A stretch of 64,000 nt of DNA from a virus. Below, one piece after another: positions 10,082 through 19,830 of this stretch (its first letter is position 1; every line of letters starts with the position of its first letter). The DNA is taken from positions 2,373 through 66,372 of IMG/VR virus record IMGVR_UViG_3300038299_000386, one strand, 5' to 3'. Both the position numbers and the translations under genes were made by a program. Below the pieces are notes generated by a model. The model had not been told where the DNA came from. It searched no databases and saw only the letters and a list, made by a program, of their open reading frames with translations.

Positions 10082-11195
10082 ATCTATTTGCAACTGGTGC
10101 GTGGACGTAATTTACCCATTTAGTTTTTAGAGGTAAGGTTCGGACTTGGAGGCCATAATTTCTTAGGAATCGGGCATGCTCTTGCGCTTGTTTTTTTGTG
10201 ATGGCTGATTGTTGTCGCCTTGCAATGTATTTCTTACCATTGATTGTCCTTACTCTTCTTCGAGTAGAGCTGTTGGGTTCAATCCGGCTTCTTGAATAAG
10301 ACCTAATCCGTTTTAGCCCGCCTGGCAGCGAGGGTGACTCTTTGCCTGTGTCATAGTCAAGTATTCTTAACTTCGGAACCTCAACTTGATTCATTATCCA
10401 TTGATCATCAATGAGTCTGGGCTTCTGAATTATAGCATTGGAAGGGGTTTTTGCAAAGTTTCCAACGTGGACGTCTTGGGATTTGATCCAATTCTTAGCA
10501 ACTTCTTCTGGGAATCCAGCGCCGATCATACGCTGTTCCATCGACCTCTTCCATTCTCGCATCGCTGCTCTATAATCCAATTCGACTGCTGCGACGGCAT
10601 CTCGATATTCCGCAGATTTATTGAAGCCAAGATCAACATAACCTACGCCTTTCGCATCTTCAAGCATTTTTTCAACACCCAAATATTCTTGGTACTCGTC
10701 TGAATCACTTATTTCTTCTACGTAATCCCACATCGATAGCGGGTCGAGCAATTCGTTTCTCTCAATACGCTCTTGAATGACTGCGCCTGGCCCTGCTGGA
10801 ATAGCGGGAACAATCATATCTTTCAATCCAGCTTCTTCTAAAATCGCTGAAACTGTGTCTTCATAGAATCCTGTTTCGCTTGGGGGAGAGCCATCAACTT
10901 TACTTGGTTTACTGAATAAACCATTGCCCATGTATTTTACTCTCCAATCTCCATCAACACCATACCTGCTGACCTTGAGGACAGAATCTTCCAATTTACC
11001 CGGTCTTTCTGCGGTTGGAGCGTAGACATTTCTGCTCGCACCCCGTGTAATGAATTCGACATCGGCGTCATAATTTTCAGAGATGTTATCAACAATTTTT
11101 ATTTGTTCGGATAGATCGTATCTCCAAGGGTCAATGTCAGCGTTTCTTTGACGGAGTTTCTCTGGATTGACCAAAACATTGTATCGCCGAGGCAT
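10080..11195 (-). CDS. Protein-kinase-like fold protein with C-terminal tag domain
   Basis: RGASRNVY (Gly-loop), VLKV (ATP Lys), VIQERI, DVHVGN (catalytic loop), ILDY; C-term RTINGKKY...ARFLRNYGLQVRTLP; start refined to ATG 11195 (TGATG overlap). Confidence 0.65.
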   Translation of the reverse strand: MPRRYNVLVNPEKLRQRNADIDPWRYDLSEQIKIVDNISENYDADVEFITRGASRNVYAPTAERPGKLEDSVLKVSRYGVDGDWRVKYMGNGLFSKPSKVDGSPPSETGFYEDTVSAILEEAGLKDMIVPAIPAGPGAVIQERIERNELLDPLSMWDYVEEISDSDEYQEYLGVEKMLEDAKGVGYVDLGFNKSAEYRDAVAAVELDYRAAMREWKRSMEQRMIGAGFPEEVAKNWIKSQDVHVGNFAKTPSNAIIQKPRLIDDQWIMNQVEVPKLRILDYDTGKESPSLPGGLKRIRSYSRSRIEPNSSTRRRVRTINGKKYIARRQQSAITKKQAQEHARFLRNYGLQVRTLPLKTKWVNYVHAPVANR

Positions 11196-11344
11196 CAGCA
11201 CACCTCGCAAGGGCATTCTTCGGGGTGATCCTCGAGCATGACTTTGTCTTGTAGCCAAAGAATCCAGTGGGGTTTGCACATCATTGCATAACTTTCAGTA
11301 TCAGGGTGTATTTTTTTCTGACAGCTTACTATCTGGCAAATCAT
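11195..11344 (-). CDS. Small Cys/His-rich (Zn-finger-like) protein, 49 aa
   Basis: MICQIVSC...CKPH...HPEECPCEVC; GAGGTGA RBS; translational coupling downstream. Confidence 0.6.
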   Translation of the reverse strand: MICQIVSCQKKIHPDTESYAMMCKPHWILWLQDKVMLEDHPEECPCEVC

Positions 11345-11348
11345 TCGC

Positions 11349-12674
11349 TCACTCACCTCTCCCAGCATACAACATCGCCGCCAACAACACAAAAATGGCA
11401 ACAAATGCCCAGGCATAAACATACCAATCTTCCGGGGGTTCAGGGCCAGTATCAATATCAAGGTCACTTCCGCCTCCCGTATTTATCACGGTTGGTGTAT
11501 CTATATTGGAGCCTCCAGAACCGGTTCCAGAACCAGTTCCACTTGTTGCTCCTGTTCCACTTGATGATCCGCTTTGCGAACTGCTACGTGATGCATCTAA
11601 TGGATACTCGTCAGCATTGTCACCGACACCGTCACCATCCGAATCTTTGTTTTCGGTGGCGTCAAGGGGGAATGCATCTTCAGTATCATTTGTCCCGTCG
11701 CCATCGTCATCGGAGTCGTACGCGTTTGCTATTCCGTCACCGTCAGTATCATATTTAGCGGATGGTTCGTTGGGGAAAGCATCTTCTGAATTTCCGACAC
11801 CATCGCCGTCAATATCCGGGTCGGTGTTATCGCCGACCCCGTCCCCATCCGAATCATACCATTCCGAAGGGTCATTTGGGAATACATCAGCCTGTGAGCC
11901 GTTAGGGTTGTCGCCGTATCCATCGCCGTCGGAATCTGTTTGTTGTGAGGTGTCGTATGGTAGAATATCTGAATTATCGCCCACCCCATCGGAATCGGAG
12001 TCGGTTGTTTCGTTAGGATCGTCCGGGAAAACGTCGGCATTGTCTCCTGTTCCGTCGCCATCACTATCGACAGTTTCACTTGCATCGTTTGGAAATGCGT
12101 CTGAGTTGTCGCCGACTCCATCGCCGTCGGCATCAAAAGTTTCACTTGGATCATTTGGGAAAACGTCGGCATTGTCTCCTGTTCCGTCGCCATCACTATC
12201 GACAGTTTCACCTGCATCGTTTGGAAATGCGTCTGAGTTGTCGCCGACCCCGTCACCGTCAGTATCAAGAGTTTCACCTGGTTCGTTTGGGAAAACGTCG
12301 GAGTTGTCGCCGACCCCGTCACCGTCAGTATCTTGGGTTTCGGAGGGGTCATCAGGGAATGCATCTTCTTTGTCTGGTACGCCATCACCATCAGAGTCTG
12401 GTTCTGGTCCTCCGCCCCCGCCATCATCAGGGTTGAGGGGGTTCTCGTCTTCCCCGTCAGGTATCCCATCTCCATCAGTATCGGGATTGGCGGGGTCTGT
12501 CCCTCCGGCGATCTCTTCTCCGTCATTGATTCCATCTCCATCAGAGTCTGGGTTGTTAGGATCAGTCCCATTGGCTATTTCATCTTCGTCTTCGAGGCCG
12601 TCACCGTCGGTATCTTCTGCAAGAACGGTAGGCAAAAGCATCAATGCTAAAATAAAAACAATTAGCTTCTTCAA
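11349..12674 (-). CDS. Thrombospondin type-3 repeat (Ca-binding) surface protein
   Basis: Signal peptide; tandem 22-aa D(T/S)DGDG(V/T)GDN(S/A)D(A/V)FPND repeats; G/S/T linker; C-terminal TM helix. Confidence 0.9.
   Translation of the reverse strand: MKKLIVFILALMLLPTVLAEDTDGDGLEDEDEIANGTDPNNPDSDGDGINDGEEIAGGTDPANPDTDGDGIPDGEDENPLNPDDGGGGGPEPDSDGDGVPDKEDAFPDDPSETQDTDGDGVGDNSDVFPNEPGETLDTDGDGVGDNSDAFPNDAGETVDSDGDGTGDNADVFPNDPSETFDADGDGVGDNSDAFPNDASETVDSDGDGTGDNADVFPDDPNETTDSDSDGVGDNSDILPYDTSQQTDSDGDGYGDNPNGSQADVFPNDPSEWYDSDGDGVGDNTDPDIDGDGVGNSEDAFPNEPSAKYDTDGDGIANAYDSDDDGDGTNDTEDAFPLDATENKDSDGDGVGDNADEYPLDASRSSSQSGSSSGTGATSGTGSGTGSGGSNIDTPTVINTGGGSDLDIDTGPEPPEDWYVYAWAFVAIFVLLAAMLYAGRGE
11620..12400 (-). 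repeat. Coding tandem repeats (66-nt unit) with a near-exact 132-nt-period duplication
   Basis: acgtcggcattgtctcctgttccgtcgccatcactatcgacagtttcac occurs at 12031 and 12163. Confidence 0.85.
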
Positions 12675-13366
12675 TCCTCTTCCCCCGCAACCGGAACTGC
12701 GAGCGCAACTCCATAAATTAGAAGCGTAACCAAAATCGCACCATCAGCGAACATGTAGGTTTTCATGATATTTGTCGGTCCTTCTCCCAAATCAAAAATT
12801 CGGGGAAAAGAAGAGAAAACGAATCCGTAAAGGAACCCAATAAAAGTAAGGGGGAAGGTGATTACAAAACCAGCAAGTAAATTTTCCCGAAAAGAGTTCC
12901 CCGACTGTTGATAAGACAATATATCCGGGAGCATAAACAAAAGGGCAATAGCAAATGCAGCAACAAAGAAAGTTGATGCTACCGTAAACTCATAGGTGTC
13001 AAGCCAATGAGAATCTAAAAAAGAATCCTCGCAGACAGTAAGAGCTTCTTTCGAGGGATCAAGTTGTGCGGAATGCCCAGTTTGGCATTGAATATCTGAA
13101 TCAAAGGCGCTTAGCCATGTTCTACCTTCTGTCGAATCTTCAAAATAATTTGAAATGGTGTTTTCTCCGTAAAGAACATGATATGCATTTGAAGTAATCA
13201 GAACTGCGATAATAAAGAAAATCGATTTACCCAAATATCTTCCACTTAAGGGGTTGTAATCTCCCAATTTGAATAGGTTTACTTGTTCACCAGAAAGTTT
13301 TCGAAAGCCGAACCAAACCAAGACGAAAAGGAAAGTGAAAATAACGCTAATTGCAATATCGTCCAA
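12671..13366 (-). CDS. Multi-pass membrane protein
   Basis: ~5 hydrophobic helices; TTG 13366 follows GGAGGG. Confidence 0.7.
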   Translation of the reverse strand: MDDIAISVIFTFLFVLVWFGFRKLSGEQVNLFKLGDYNPLSGRYLGKSIFFIIAVLITSNAYHVLYGENTISNYFEDSTEGRTWLSAFDSDIQCQTGHSAQLDPSKEALTVCEDSFLDSHWLDTYEFTVASTFFVAAFAIALLFMLPDILSYQQSGNSFRENLLAGFVITFPLTFIGFLYGFVFSSFPRIFDLGEGPTNIMKTYMFADGAILVTLLIYGVALAVPVAGEED

Positions 13367-13389
13367 ACCATTCCCTCCGTTTTTTTCTT

Positions 13390-13533
13390 CTATGCCGTAC
13401 AATGAACAATTGAAGCGTCAATCTCGCAACCGCACGTCGTGCAGTATAGTGTGACTGTGTTCTTTGATTCATCAACCGTCTGCAATTCCCATGCATGGTC
13501 GGAAATTGGGACTTCTTCAGTAATGCATGACAT
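13390..13533 (-). CDS. Small Zn-ribbon-like protein, 47 aa (absent from ORF track)
   Basis: Manual translation MSCITEEVPISDHAWELQTVDESKNTVTLYCTTCGCEIDASIVHCTA fills the operon gap. Confidence 0.55.
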   Translation of the reverse strand: MSCITEEVPISDHAWELQTVDESKNTVTLYCTTCGCEIDASIVHCTA

Positions 13534-13541
13534 TTGAATCA

Positions 13542-14174
13542 TCAGCGACGGCTTGGATCTTCGAGCAAACCAGCAACAATGTTCTTTCCGCCAGCTTGTC
13601 CTTCAGATGCTCCACGAACATGATTGACGATTGCGACTACTGCAGCGCTTGTGATGCTAAGCAAAACAGTAGCGTAAACAGCAGCGTAAATCTCGTTCAT
13701 TGGGAACAGCGGGTATGCGTCCCAAACAGGCACGTAGGCATCGTTGTAAAGTTGCTGAACGCTGATTGTTAGTGCAGAGCCAAAGAGAATTCCCCAGCCA
13801 ACTGCGCCGAGCATAACTCCAAAGACTTGAGGAATTGGTGAATCCTTCGAATAGATTGATGCTGATGCGATTGCTGCAGCAAGAACAAGTGATGAAAGCA
13901 TACCAAAGAGATTAGCCGAACCGCTGACATCGGCATCAAAAAGGAAGTCCAAGTTGCCTTCATCAAGGCGGACTGCCAGCCAAGCGCCGAGAAGCCCAAG
14001 ACCCATCATCGTAGAGAATCCCACAAAGTTGCGGCGATCCCAAACCATTAGGACGGTCTTCATCTTCTGTCCGGAAAGGAAAATTCCGATGGCGAGGAGG
14101 GTAATCCCCAAGCCAAAAATCGTCCAGTCTGTCGTAGTAAAATCTCCAATTTCTTCGTATACCATTATAATCAC
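13542..14174 (-). CDS. 5-TM membrane protein, stand-alone paralog of the C-terminal domain of the upstream 975-aa protein
   Basis: Shared patterns G[LV]GLL-x-AW-x-A, [IL]LFG and FP[ML]-x-[ED]-[IL]-x-AAV. Confidence 0.75.
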   Translation of the reverse strand: MIIMVYEEIGDFTTTDWTIFGLGITLLAIGIFLSGQKMKTVLMVWDRRNFVGFSTMMGLGLLGAWLAVRLDEGNLDFLFDADVSGSANLFGMLSSLVLAAAIASASIYSKDSPIPQVFGVMLGAVGWGILFGSALTISVQQLYNDAYVPVWDAYPLFPMNEIYAAVYATVLLSITSAAVVAIVNHVRGASEGQAGGKNIVAGLLEDPSRR

Positions 14175-17098
14175 TCCATTGCTCCAGAGACCAAGTTCGT
14201 AGTCATTAGACTCAAGACGATACCGCCAAGCAATGTTCCAACTGCCGCTACAAGGTCGTAGAGAGGGAATTGCCAGATTGCGTCGTCAAAGACAGCATAA
14301 TCAAGATCCAAGAATCCGGTGATGGCGCTTGGAATGCCGAAGAGGATTAGGTACAATCCTAGAGCGATCATTGTTGCGCTCATCCCCATCTTATCAGATG
14401 GTTTCACCGAGCGCACGTAGAACCAGAGTGCGAGACCCATTACTGCGTATCCCATCGACCCGAGAACCAATGAGGTTTCTTCGGTGATGCTTCCACCCTG
14501 GAAATCATAGAAGTAATGGTCCGCAGCCCATGCATGAAGCAAACCGACGCCGAGGAGCGCCATTGCCACACGCATGTCTTTGGTGTAGTCGGAGATTTTT
14601 GCAGCGCCAGGGCCGAACAACATGTATAGGGCCATGAAAGCCAATCCGAGACCAACAGCAAGGAAGATAACGTCCCATCCATCCAAAGAATCAATCCATG
14701 ATTCTTCGTCGGTTTCAACATCGCCGCCACCGCCGGTGGAATAGTTCGGATCATCCTCCGCTGTGAAGAATGTCTCAAGGGTGATGGTTTGGGTAGTCAT
14801 GTTTTCTTGAAGAGTTCCAACGTCAAAGGAACTAACCTTGTGAGTGCAAACTGCTTTGTAAGAGTCGCCGTTGATGAAAACGCCGGTGTAGGAAACTGTT
14901 GAGCTTCCGCTGTTTGTTTCCTTGTTGTCGACAGCCAAAGTTCCTGTGTTGGTGCCGTCAACAGGCCCCATAGTGAACAATGAAGAGTTCGATGCAAGTG
15001 TGCCGTATGCTTTCCATTCGCTCTCGTTCACACCAGTATGGCCTGAAGTATCGAGGTTGGTAAAGATTGAGATGCTTGATTCAACGACATCACCGTCTGC
15101 GACTGCAATACCGCATTCGACGGTGCTTCGTGGAGTTGTAGCGTTAGGTGCAAATGCGAACGTCTTTCGCTCATCATACGGTCCTGCTTGAACGCCACCT
15201 TGCTCAACGCCAAAATCGCCGACACTGGTGTCGATTCCGACAAGTTCACGTCCCTGCACGATGTTTGCGGAAGGAGTGATTCCCGAATAGTGCATGACAT
15301 AAGGTGTTGCGAATGCAGGGTTGGTTTGGTTTGTCGTACTGGTGGTTCGGGTGATTCCGTTTTGTTCAGACAATGGATCATAGTTTGTTGCGTGCTTGAA
15401 TGTGATTGTTGGTAGGTTGTTTTGCAGGTCGATGACCATGTCATTGTTTGTAGCATCTCCAGCAACTCCGACGAAGACATAGAACTCGAACATTCGGTCA
15501 TACACGTCGTAAATTCCATTGTTGTAAGAAACGAGTAGTGGATCGCTGGTAATGTCGGCCAAAGCATCGACTTGGAGGGAGGTTTCCAAGACTCCGGAAC
15601 TTGCGCCCATGCAATACTTGGAAGCGGAAGTCCCGAGAGACTGTGTGCTGTCAGCGGTTCCTACTGGGCCGAAGTCGTGGTAATTGCCGAACTTAAGGAA
15701 AGAGGTTAGGTCTTTCTTGGAAGTGATGGCGTCATACTGGCTTTCAGTCATGATGTGAGTGTTAATGTTTCCAGAGAAACATGCGTTTGTGTTGGTGTGT
15801 GTGACCTTTAGCACTGCAGAGTCAAAGCCGCCCCATGCTGCAAGGGAATAGAATGATTCCAGAGGAAGATTCATCTTCATGATAATGCCGTCTAGGCCGT
15901 CACTTTCGTTGCCGTCAAAGGTTTCGCTTCCACTGCAAGTAGCTAAGAACCACTTCGAAGCGCACCAGGAGAGTTCTCCATTGCTAACAACACCGATTTC
16001 AAGTCCAGGCTCGGTTGTCTCGATAGTTAGTGATGGGTCCCAAAGGACGCCGGAGACTCCAGCCTCGGCTTGATCGCTAGCGTCAACACCGAATGTGAGT
16101 TTGATGGTGCTCACGTCGGAAAATGCTACCCGAGTAGTGGAGTTGTAAGCGCGGTTTTCGGTTGCTGGAAGTCCGGCAACAGCGTCAAAGCCAGTAGCGT
16201 TGTATCCGACTGGAGCTGTTATCACAACGGGGTCTTGGGTACACTTTGCATCTGCGCAGTGAATAACGATCTCGCTGTTTTCTGCAATGTTCTTTGTGTT
16301 GCCTTCCTCCATTGCTACTCCATCGATATGGACGCTGATGTTGTATGCGAAGACGTGGTCGATTCCGAAGTAAAGGGAACTGGTGGTTTTGTCGGCGTGA
16401 AGGGCGTAAGCCATAGCGGCGGTAGCGCCAGAATCTGCTGGCCGCATGAAGAGATCGGTGACAAGGGTTGGCTCGATACCATCCGCCGTAGTTCCGTCAA
16501 AATCTGCGTTTAGATTGCACTTCATCTTGATTGTGTCGACTGTGGCGCATCCATTAAGTGCAATTCGAGCATTGTTGTTGGTACTTCCAACGCCGTGAGC
16601 CTGGGTGCGGTCAAGAGATGAATACCAATTGTGGAAAATAGTTTCCATAGATTGTTCACCGGTTACATCTGTGAGTTGAACTGAAGTTGAACCAGCCGCT
16701 TCACCAACGGTAATGTTGATTCCTTGGTGGTGTGTTGCGGTGCCGCCGTTGTTGGCGACCCATGTTGCCGTGTCACCAGGTCCAACCGAAGCTGTTCCTG
16801 CTGCTACTGCCCAAGCGCCTCCTGCATTAGAAAATAATTCAGCACCCGGAGCGACCGCATTAGAATTCCTAACTAATGAAGAGTCAAATGTCATTGCGAC
16901 GTTTGAATGTGTTGAGACAGGATCGTATGTTCTTGCGATTCCAGTTGAATCTACTTCAGGGGGTGTTGGATTACGATCAATTCCTTTAGCGGCATCAGCA
17001 TCAGCATAGAAATCACCATCGGGGATTGCTGCACTGGCTAAGCCAATAGAAAGTAGCATAATTAAAGTCATAGTCAAGGCTGCGAAACGGGTGTTCAT
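14171..17098 (-). CDS. Large secreted surface protein (975 aa) with C-terminal 5-TM anchor; candidate major envelope/spike protein
   Basis: Signal peptide MNTRFAALTMTLIMLLSIGLASA; beta-rich T/S/G body; GGGG linker; 5 TM; first gene of operon behind conserved motif. Confidence 0.85.
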   Translation of the reverse strand: MNTRFAALTMTLIMLLSIGLASAAIPDGDFYADADAAKGIDRNPTPPEVDSTGIARTYDPVSTHSNVAMTFDSSLVRNSNAVAPGAELFSNAGGAWAVAAGTASVGPGDTATWVANNGGTATHHQGINITVGEAAGSTSVQLTDVTGEQSMETIFHNWYSSLDRTQAHGVGSTNNNARIALNGCATVDTIKMKCNLNADFDGTTADGIEPTLVTDLFMRPADSGATAAMAYALHADKTTSSLYFGIDHVFAYNISVHIDGVAMEEGNTKNIAENSEIVIHCADAKCTQDPVVITAPVGYNATGFDAVAGLPATENRAYNSTTRVAFSDVSTIKLTFGVDASDQAEAGVSGVLWDPSLTIETTEPGLEIGVVSNGELSWCASKWFLATCSGSETFDGNESDGLDGIIMKMNLPLESFYSLAAWGGFDSAVLKVTHTNTNACFSGNINTHIMTESQYDAITSKKDLTSFLKFGNYHDFGPVGTADSTQSLGTSASKYCMGASSGVLETSLQVDALADITSDPLLVSYNNGIYDVYDRMFEFYVFVGVAGDATNNDMVIDLQNNLPTITFKHATNYDPLSEQNGITRTTSTTNQTNPAFATPYVMHYSGITPSANIVQGRELVGIDTSVGDFGVEQGGVQAGPYDERKTFAFAPNATTPRSTVECGIAVADGDVVESSISIFTNLDTSGHTGVNESEWKAYGTLASNSSLFTMGPVDGTNTGTLAVDNKETNSGSSTVSYTGVFINGDSYKAVCTHKVSSFDVGTLQENMTTQTITLETFFTAEDDPNYSTGGGGDVETDEESWIDSLDGWDVIFLAVGLGLAFMALYMLFGPGAAKISDYTKDMRVAMALLGVGLLHAWAADHYFYDFQGGSITEETSLVLGSMGYAVMGLALWFYVRSVKPSDKMGMSATMIALGLYLILFGIPSAITGFLDLDYAVFDDAIWQFPLYDLVAAVGTLLGGIVLSLMTTNLVSGAME

Positions 17099-17119
17099 GC
17101 TTCCTGTCGAAACGTGGAT

Positions 17120-17164
17120 GATATATCAAAGGCGCACATTCACTTTTGATGAAAGGCACAGTTT
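17120..17164 (-). promoter_or_regulatory. TATA-like TTTGATATAT plus upstream AAACTGTGC motif
   Basis: GCACAGTTT at 17156-17164, 58 nt from ATG 17098; TATA-like box ~26 nt upstream. Confidence 0.6.
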
Positions 17165-17256
17165 CTCGCCGGTCAAAAAACCTTGCAAAGAAACAACCTT
17201 TGTATTCCTTTGTCAATCAATGGCTTTATGAACGAAAAGCCAATGTTTTACAGCAA

Positions 17257-17415
17257 ATGGCAATTGTGAAAGCAGCAAACAGCGTTTATTTTCCGCCAGA
17301 ACTTGTTGAAGTTATTGACGAGGCAATGCGGGCGCAGGGTGGCTTTTCTTCGCGTGCTGAATACGTGAGGCATTGCGTCCGAGCAGAATCTTTTAAAATA
17401 ATCCGAGGTGATTGA
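17257..17415 (+). CDS. Ribbon-helix-helix (CopG-like) regulator
   Basis: SVYFPPELVEVIDEAMRAQGGFSSRAEYVRHCVR; TTTATGAA at 17225 fits leaderless ATG 17257. Confidence 0.75.
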   Translation: MAIVKAANSVYFPPELVEVIDEAMRAQGGFSSRAEYVRHCVRAESFKIIRGD

Positions 17416-17650
17416 ATCGCTTCCCCAAAATCCAAAATCGAGACTTGCCAAAATAATGTCAGAGAACGATCCTATGACTTACCACACAATACAAGAGATA
17501 TACAATCTTAGATACCCTGGAACACAACTTACTACGTCTGAAATCAACTCGCTTCTTCGAGATAAGCAATTCGTCAAAGTTGGAAAGATGAAGGTTAGTT
17601 CATGGAGTGGGAGAAAGAGTTTGCACACAATATACACGGTGGTAGCGTGA
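17408..17650 (+). CDS. Small winged-helix protein (DUF3860-like)
   Basis: TTSEINSLLRDKQFVKVG; similar to 33324..33557. Confidence 0.55.
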   Translation: MIESLPQNPKSRLAKIMSENDPMTYHTIQEIYNLRYPGTQLTTSEINSLLRDKQFVKVGKMKVSSWSGRKSLHTIYTVVA

Positions 17651-18027
17651 ATGAAACTGAACGTTTCCAACTTGCTGGGTGGCGAACTCAGGCTTCGAAT
17701 CTCAAAAAGAAGGTTAAAGAGCAAGACCAAATAATTGAAATCCTAAATGCCCAGGTAAGTTCCCTTATTCAAGAGAAGCACCAGCGTTTTGAAATGGTTA
17801 TGATCGAGCGTGGAATCACACTACGGCGTGAACACCTGATAACACTTCACAATTCGTTAGAATTTATCAGACGGTATGGTGCAATTACACCTAATTCAGA
17901 TTACGGCGCTTTGGGCTTCACCGATCACCGGACATTACAGAGGACGTGCAATAAATTTGTCGAGGATGGAATGTTAGTTAAGATTCAAGGAAACCCTACG
18001 TCATACTCGATTCCTACTGATGAATAG
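17647..18027 (+). CDS. Coiled-coil + winged-helix protein
   Basis: GTGA overlap; DHRTLQRTCNKFVEDGMLVKIQGNPTSY. Confidence 0.6.
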   Translation: MNETERFQLAGWRTQASNLKKKVKEQDQIIEILNAQVSSLIQEKHQRFEMVMIERGITLRREHLITLHNSLEFIRRYGAITPNSDYGALGFTDHRTLQRTCNKFVEDGMLVKIQGNPTSYSIPTDE

Positions 18028-18044
18028 TCGCATATTAACGCGAT

Positions 18045-18380
18045 TCACGATAGCCCAACACAATCGACCCTATATTCGGTCTTGTGATACGCAAAGAAAT
18101 GTAGCGCCTCGCTGAAGTGTTTTCCTGTATGAACACATTTTCCATCCCAATCCGATCTTGAAGAAGCCCCGGCCGAGAAGTCACGGAGAGCTTCTATGAT
18201 TTTTTGTTCGTTGAAAGAAGCCATTACTGTTTCTGGTATACCTGAAGTAGTGCAGATGAGCAAGTGAACCGTCTTTGGGGTTGCCTCTTGGAGGGCGCTC
18301 GGGTCACTAATTGCTACTTCAAGTAGACTTTTGACTAAGTGCGATATGTTATCCGCCTTTTTGTCCTCACCTTCAATCAT
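18045..18380 (-). CDS. Hypothetical protein
   Basis: 111 aa, coupled to upstream ORF. Confidence 0.55.
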   Translation of the reverse strand: MIEGEDKKADNISHLVKSLLEVAISDPSALQEATPKTVHLLICTTSGIPETVMASFNEQKIIEALRDFSAGASSRSDWDGKCVHTGKHFSEALHFFAYHKTEYRVDCVGLS

Positions 18381-18520
18381 TCATCAACACCAGCCACGAT
18401 CGGATTAGCAAAAGCGATTGCTATTTGCTGATTCATACAAGCCTTGCACAGTCTTATACCGCAATTGACAGCTTGCTTTGCAAGGATTACCTCGCACCCA
18501 TGAATGTTGCATTCATATTC
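18377..18520 (-). CDS. Small Cys-rich protein
   Basis: MEYECNIHGC...LCKAC. Confidence 0.5.
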   Translation of the reverse strand, partial: EYECNIHGCEVILAKQAVNCGIRLCKACMNQQIAIAFANPIVAGVDE

Positions 18521-19748
18521 CATTTCTCGCCACCACGTTGAAAGAAGCACGCTTGATAGAATCCGCATGGATGCTGAAGGTTACTTCGCCGCTTGATTGA
18601 ATGATTATCATGTCTGAAACGCTTGAAATGCTCGAGCCTTCATCCAGAGACACCGTTGGGCTGCCTTTATGCTCCCATTTTACTAATTCCTGTTTGATGA
18701 ATTCTGCCTGCTCCCTGTTTATCGACACCAACTTTTCTTCATTGGCTTTGTATTCCTCATAGGAAGTTGGATCATCAATCTTCATTTTATTCATAATGCT
18801 TAGACGGCTTCTTGTGCGAGGCCAATTGTTACTCCCTCTCCAAGAAGGCGCAAGAACGCCGTCTTTGAAAGTGGTCCTTTCACTGGCTTCAAGATGCAGT
18901 TGATCAAGTTCATTTGCGATGCCTGGGTTTTCCTGTTCCCATTGCCTTTTTGCATTTGCGATGAGTATTTTTCTAAGTTTGAGTTGTTTTGCTTTGCGTT
19001 CCCCGAGGAGTAAACCTTCTCTTTTCTGCTTAGGCTCGAGTTGAATCTTCTTTGAAACCCATATAGGTGTCTCTTCTGTTTTCCTTCTTTCTTCGAAACA
19101 ATCATCGCATCGGTACTTCAAGTCATCAGAAATGTTTGTTCCGAGAGTGCATTCTTGGACGATGCTTCCCTTGAGGTTGCGGCATTCGTTTAGTTCGTGG
19201 TTACAACATAATGCAACACCATGCTCGTTGAAAACGGAATGGTAGTCCTCTCCTTGATGAATTGCAGAACCTATTTCGGGACCATTTGCAGTAGCAAAAT
19301 GTCTAAAAATCAATTCCTTGTATCTCTGCAAGCATGCATCCCCGGTTATTTCAACGGTGATCTCTTTTGTCCCCTCGACTTTGTACCATAAGATTGACCT
19401 TAGTTGTCTCAATTCCCTGTATTCGGCGTCGGAAACCTTGTTTTTGTCCCAAAATGCAGTTGCAAGTGCTATTGGAATTCGCTCTGAAGTCTTTTTGTGC
19501 TTGTCCTTTAGAGCATCAATCTGCACCTGCAAATCCTCGATTTCTTCAATTTGGGTTTGGGCAAGATGTTCAATTGGGTGTAGTTCTTCAACGTCTCCGA
19601 AAATTGCCCTAAGTGCGTCGGCATAAATCTTGCTTGGTTTCATGTTTTCATCAGCGCTCGCCATCTCGTGTAAATGCTTCACTTCAGAGGGCAGATACAG
19701 CGATACTGCACCCCCATTTCTTTTCTTGTTTCTCGTCACTTGTTTCAC
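18513..19748 (-). CDS. RHH + coiled-coil + Cys-cluster DNA-binding protein
   Basis: N-term VSLYLPSEVK...KPSKIYADALR (RHH-like); LCCNH...C...CDDC. Confidence 0.65.
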   Translation of the reverse strand: MKQVTRNKKRNGGAVSLYLPSEVKHLHEMASADENMKPSKIYADALRAIFGDVEELHPIEHLAQTQIEEIEDLQVQIDALKDKHKKTSERIPIALATAFWDKNKVSDAEYRELRQLRSILWYKVEGTKEITVEITGDACLQRYKELIFRHFATANGPEIGSAIHQGEDYHSVFNEHGVALCCNHELNECRNLKGSIVQECTLGTNISDDLKYRCDDCFEERRKTEETPIWVSKKIQLEPKQKREGLLLGERKAKQLKLRKILIANAKRQWEQENPGIANELDQLHLEASERTTFKDGVLAPSWRGSNNWPRTRSRLSIMNKMKIDDPTSYEEYKANEEKLVSINREQAEFIKQELVKWEHKGSPTVSLDEGSSISSVSDMIIIQSSGEVTFSIHADSIKRASFNVVARNGI

Positions 19749-19830
19749 CTTGGACTGTTCCCATCAGTCGCCACCATATTATGCTTCCCCAAATTCTGTT
19801 AACTTCGTTGCTTGCAAAATTATGACTCGT

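Noticed and set aside
11620-12400. Regularly spaced repeats resembling a CRISPR array
   Set aside because: In-frame 66-nt coding repeats with no unique spacers and no cas genes
11506-12729. 407-aa plus-strand S/P-rich ORF and 280-aa alternate-frame ORF
   Set aside because: Shadow frames of the TSP3-repeat gene; repeats of GAC/GGT codons leave other frames open
13427-13434. Third copy of TGCGGTTG promoter sub-motif
   Set aside because: Falls inside the small ORF 13390..13533 (encodes Cys-Gly-Cys) and lacks the AAASYGTGC partner
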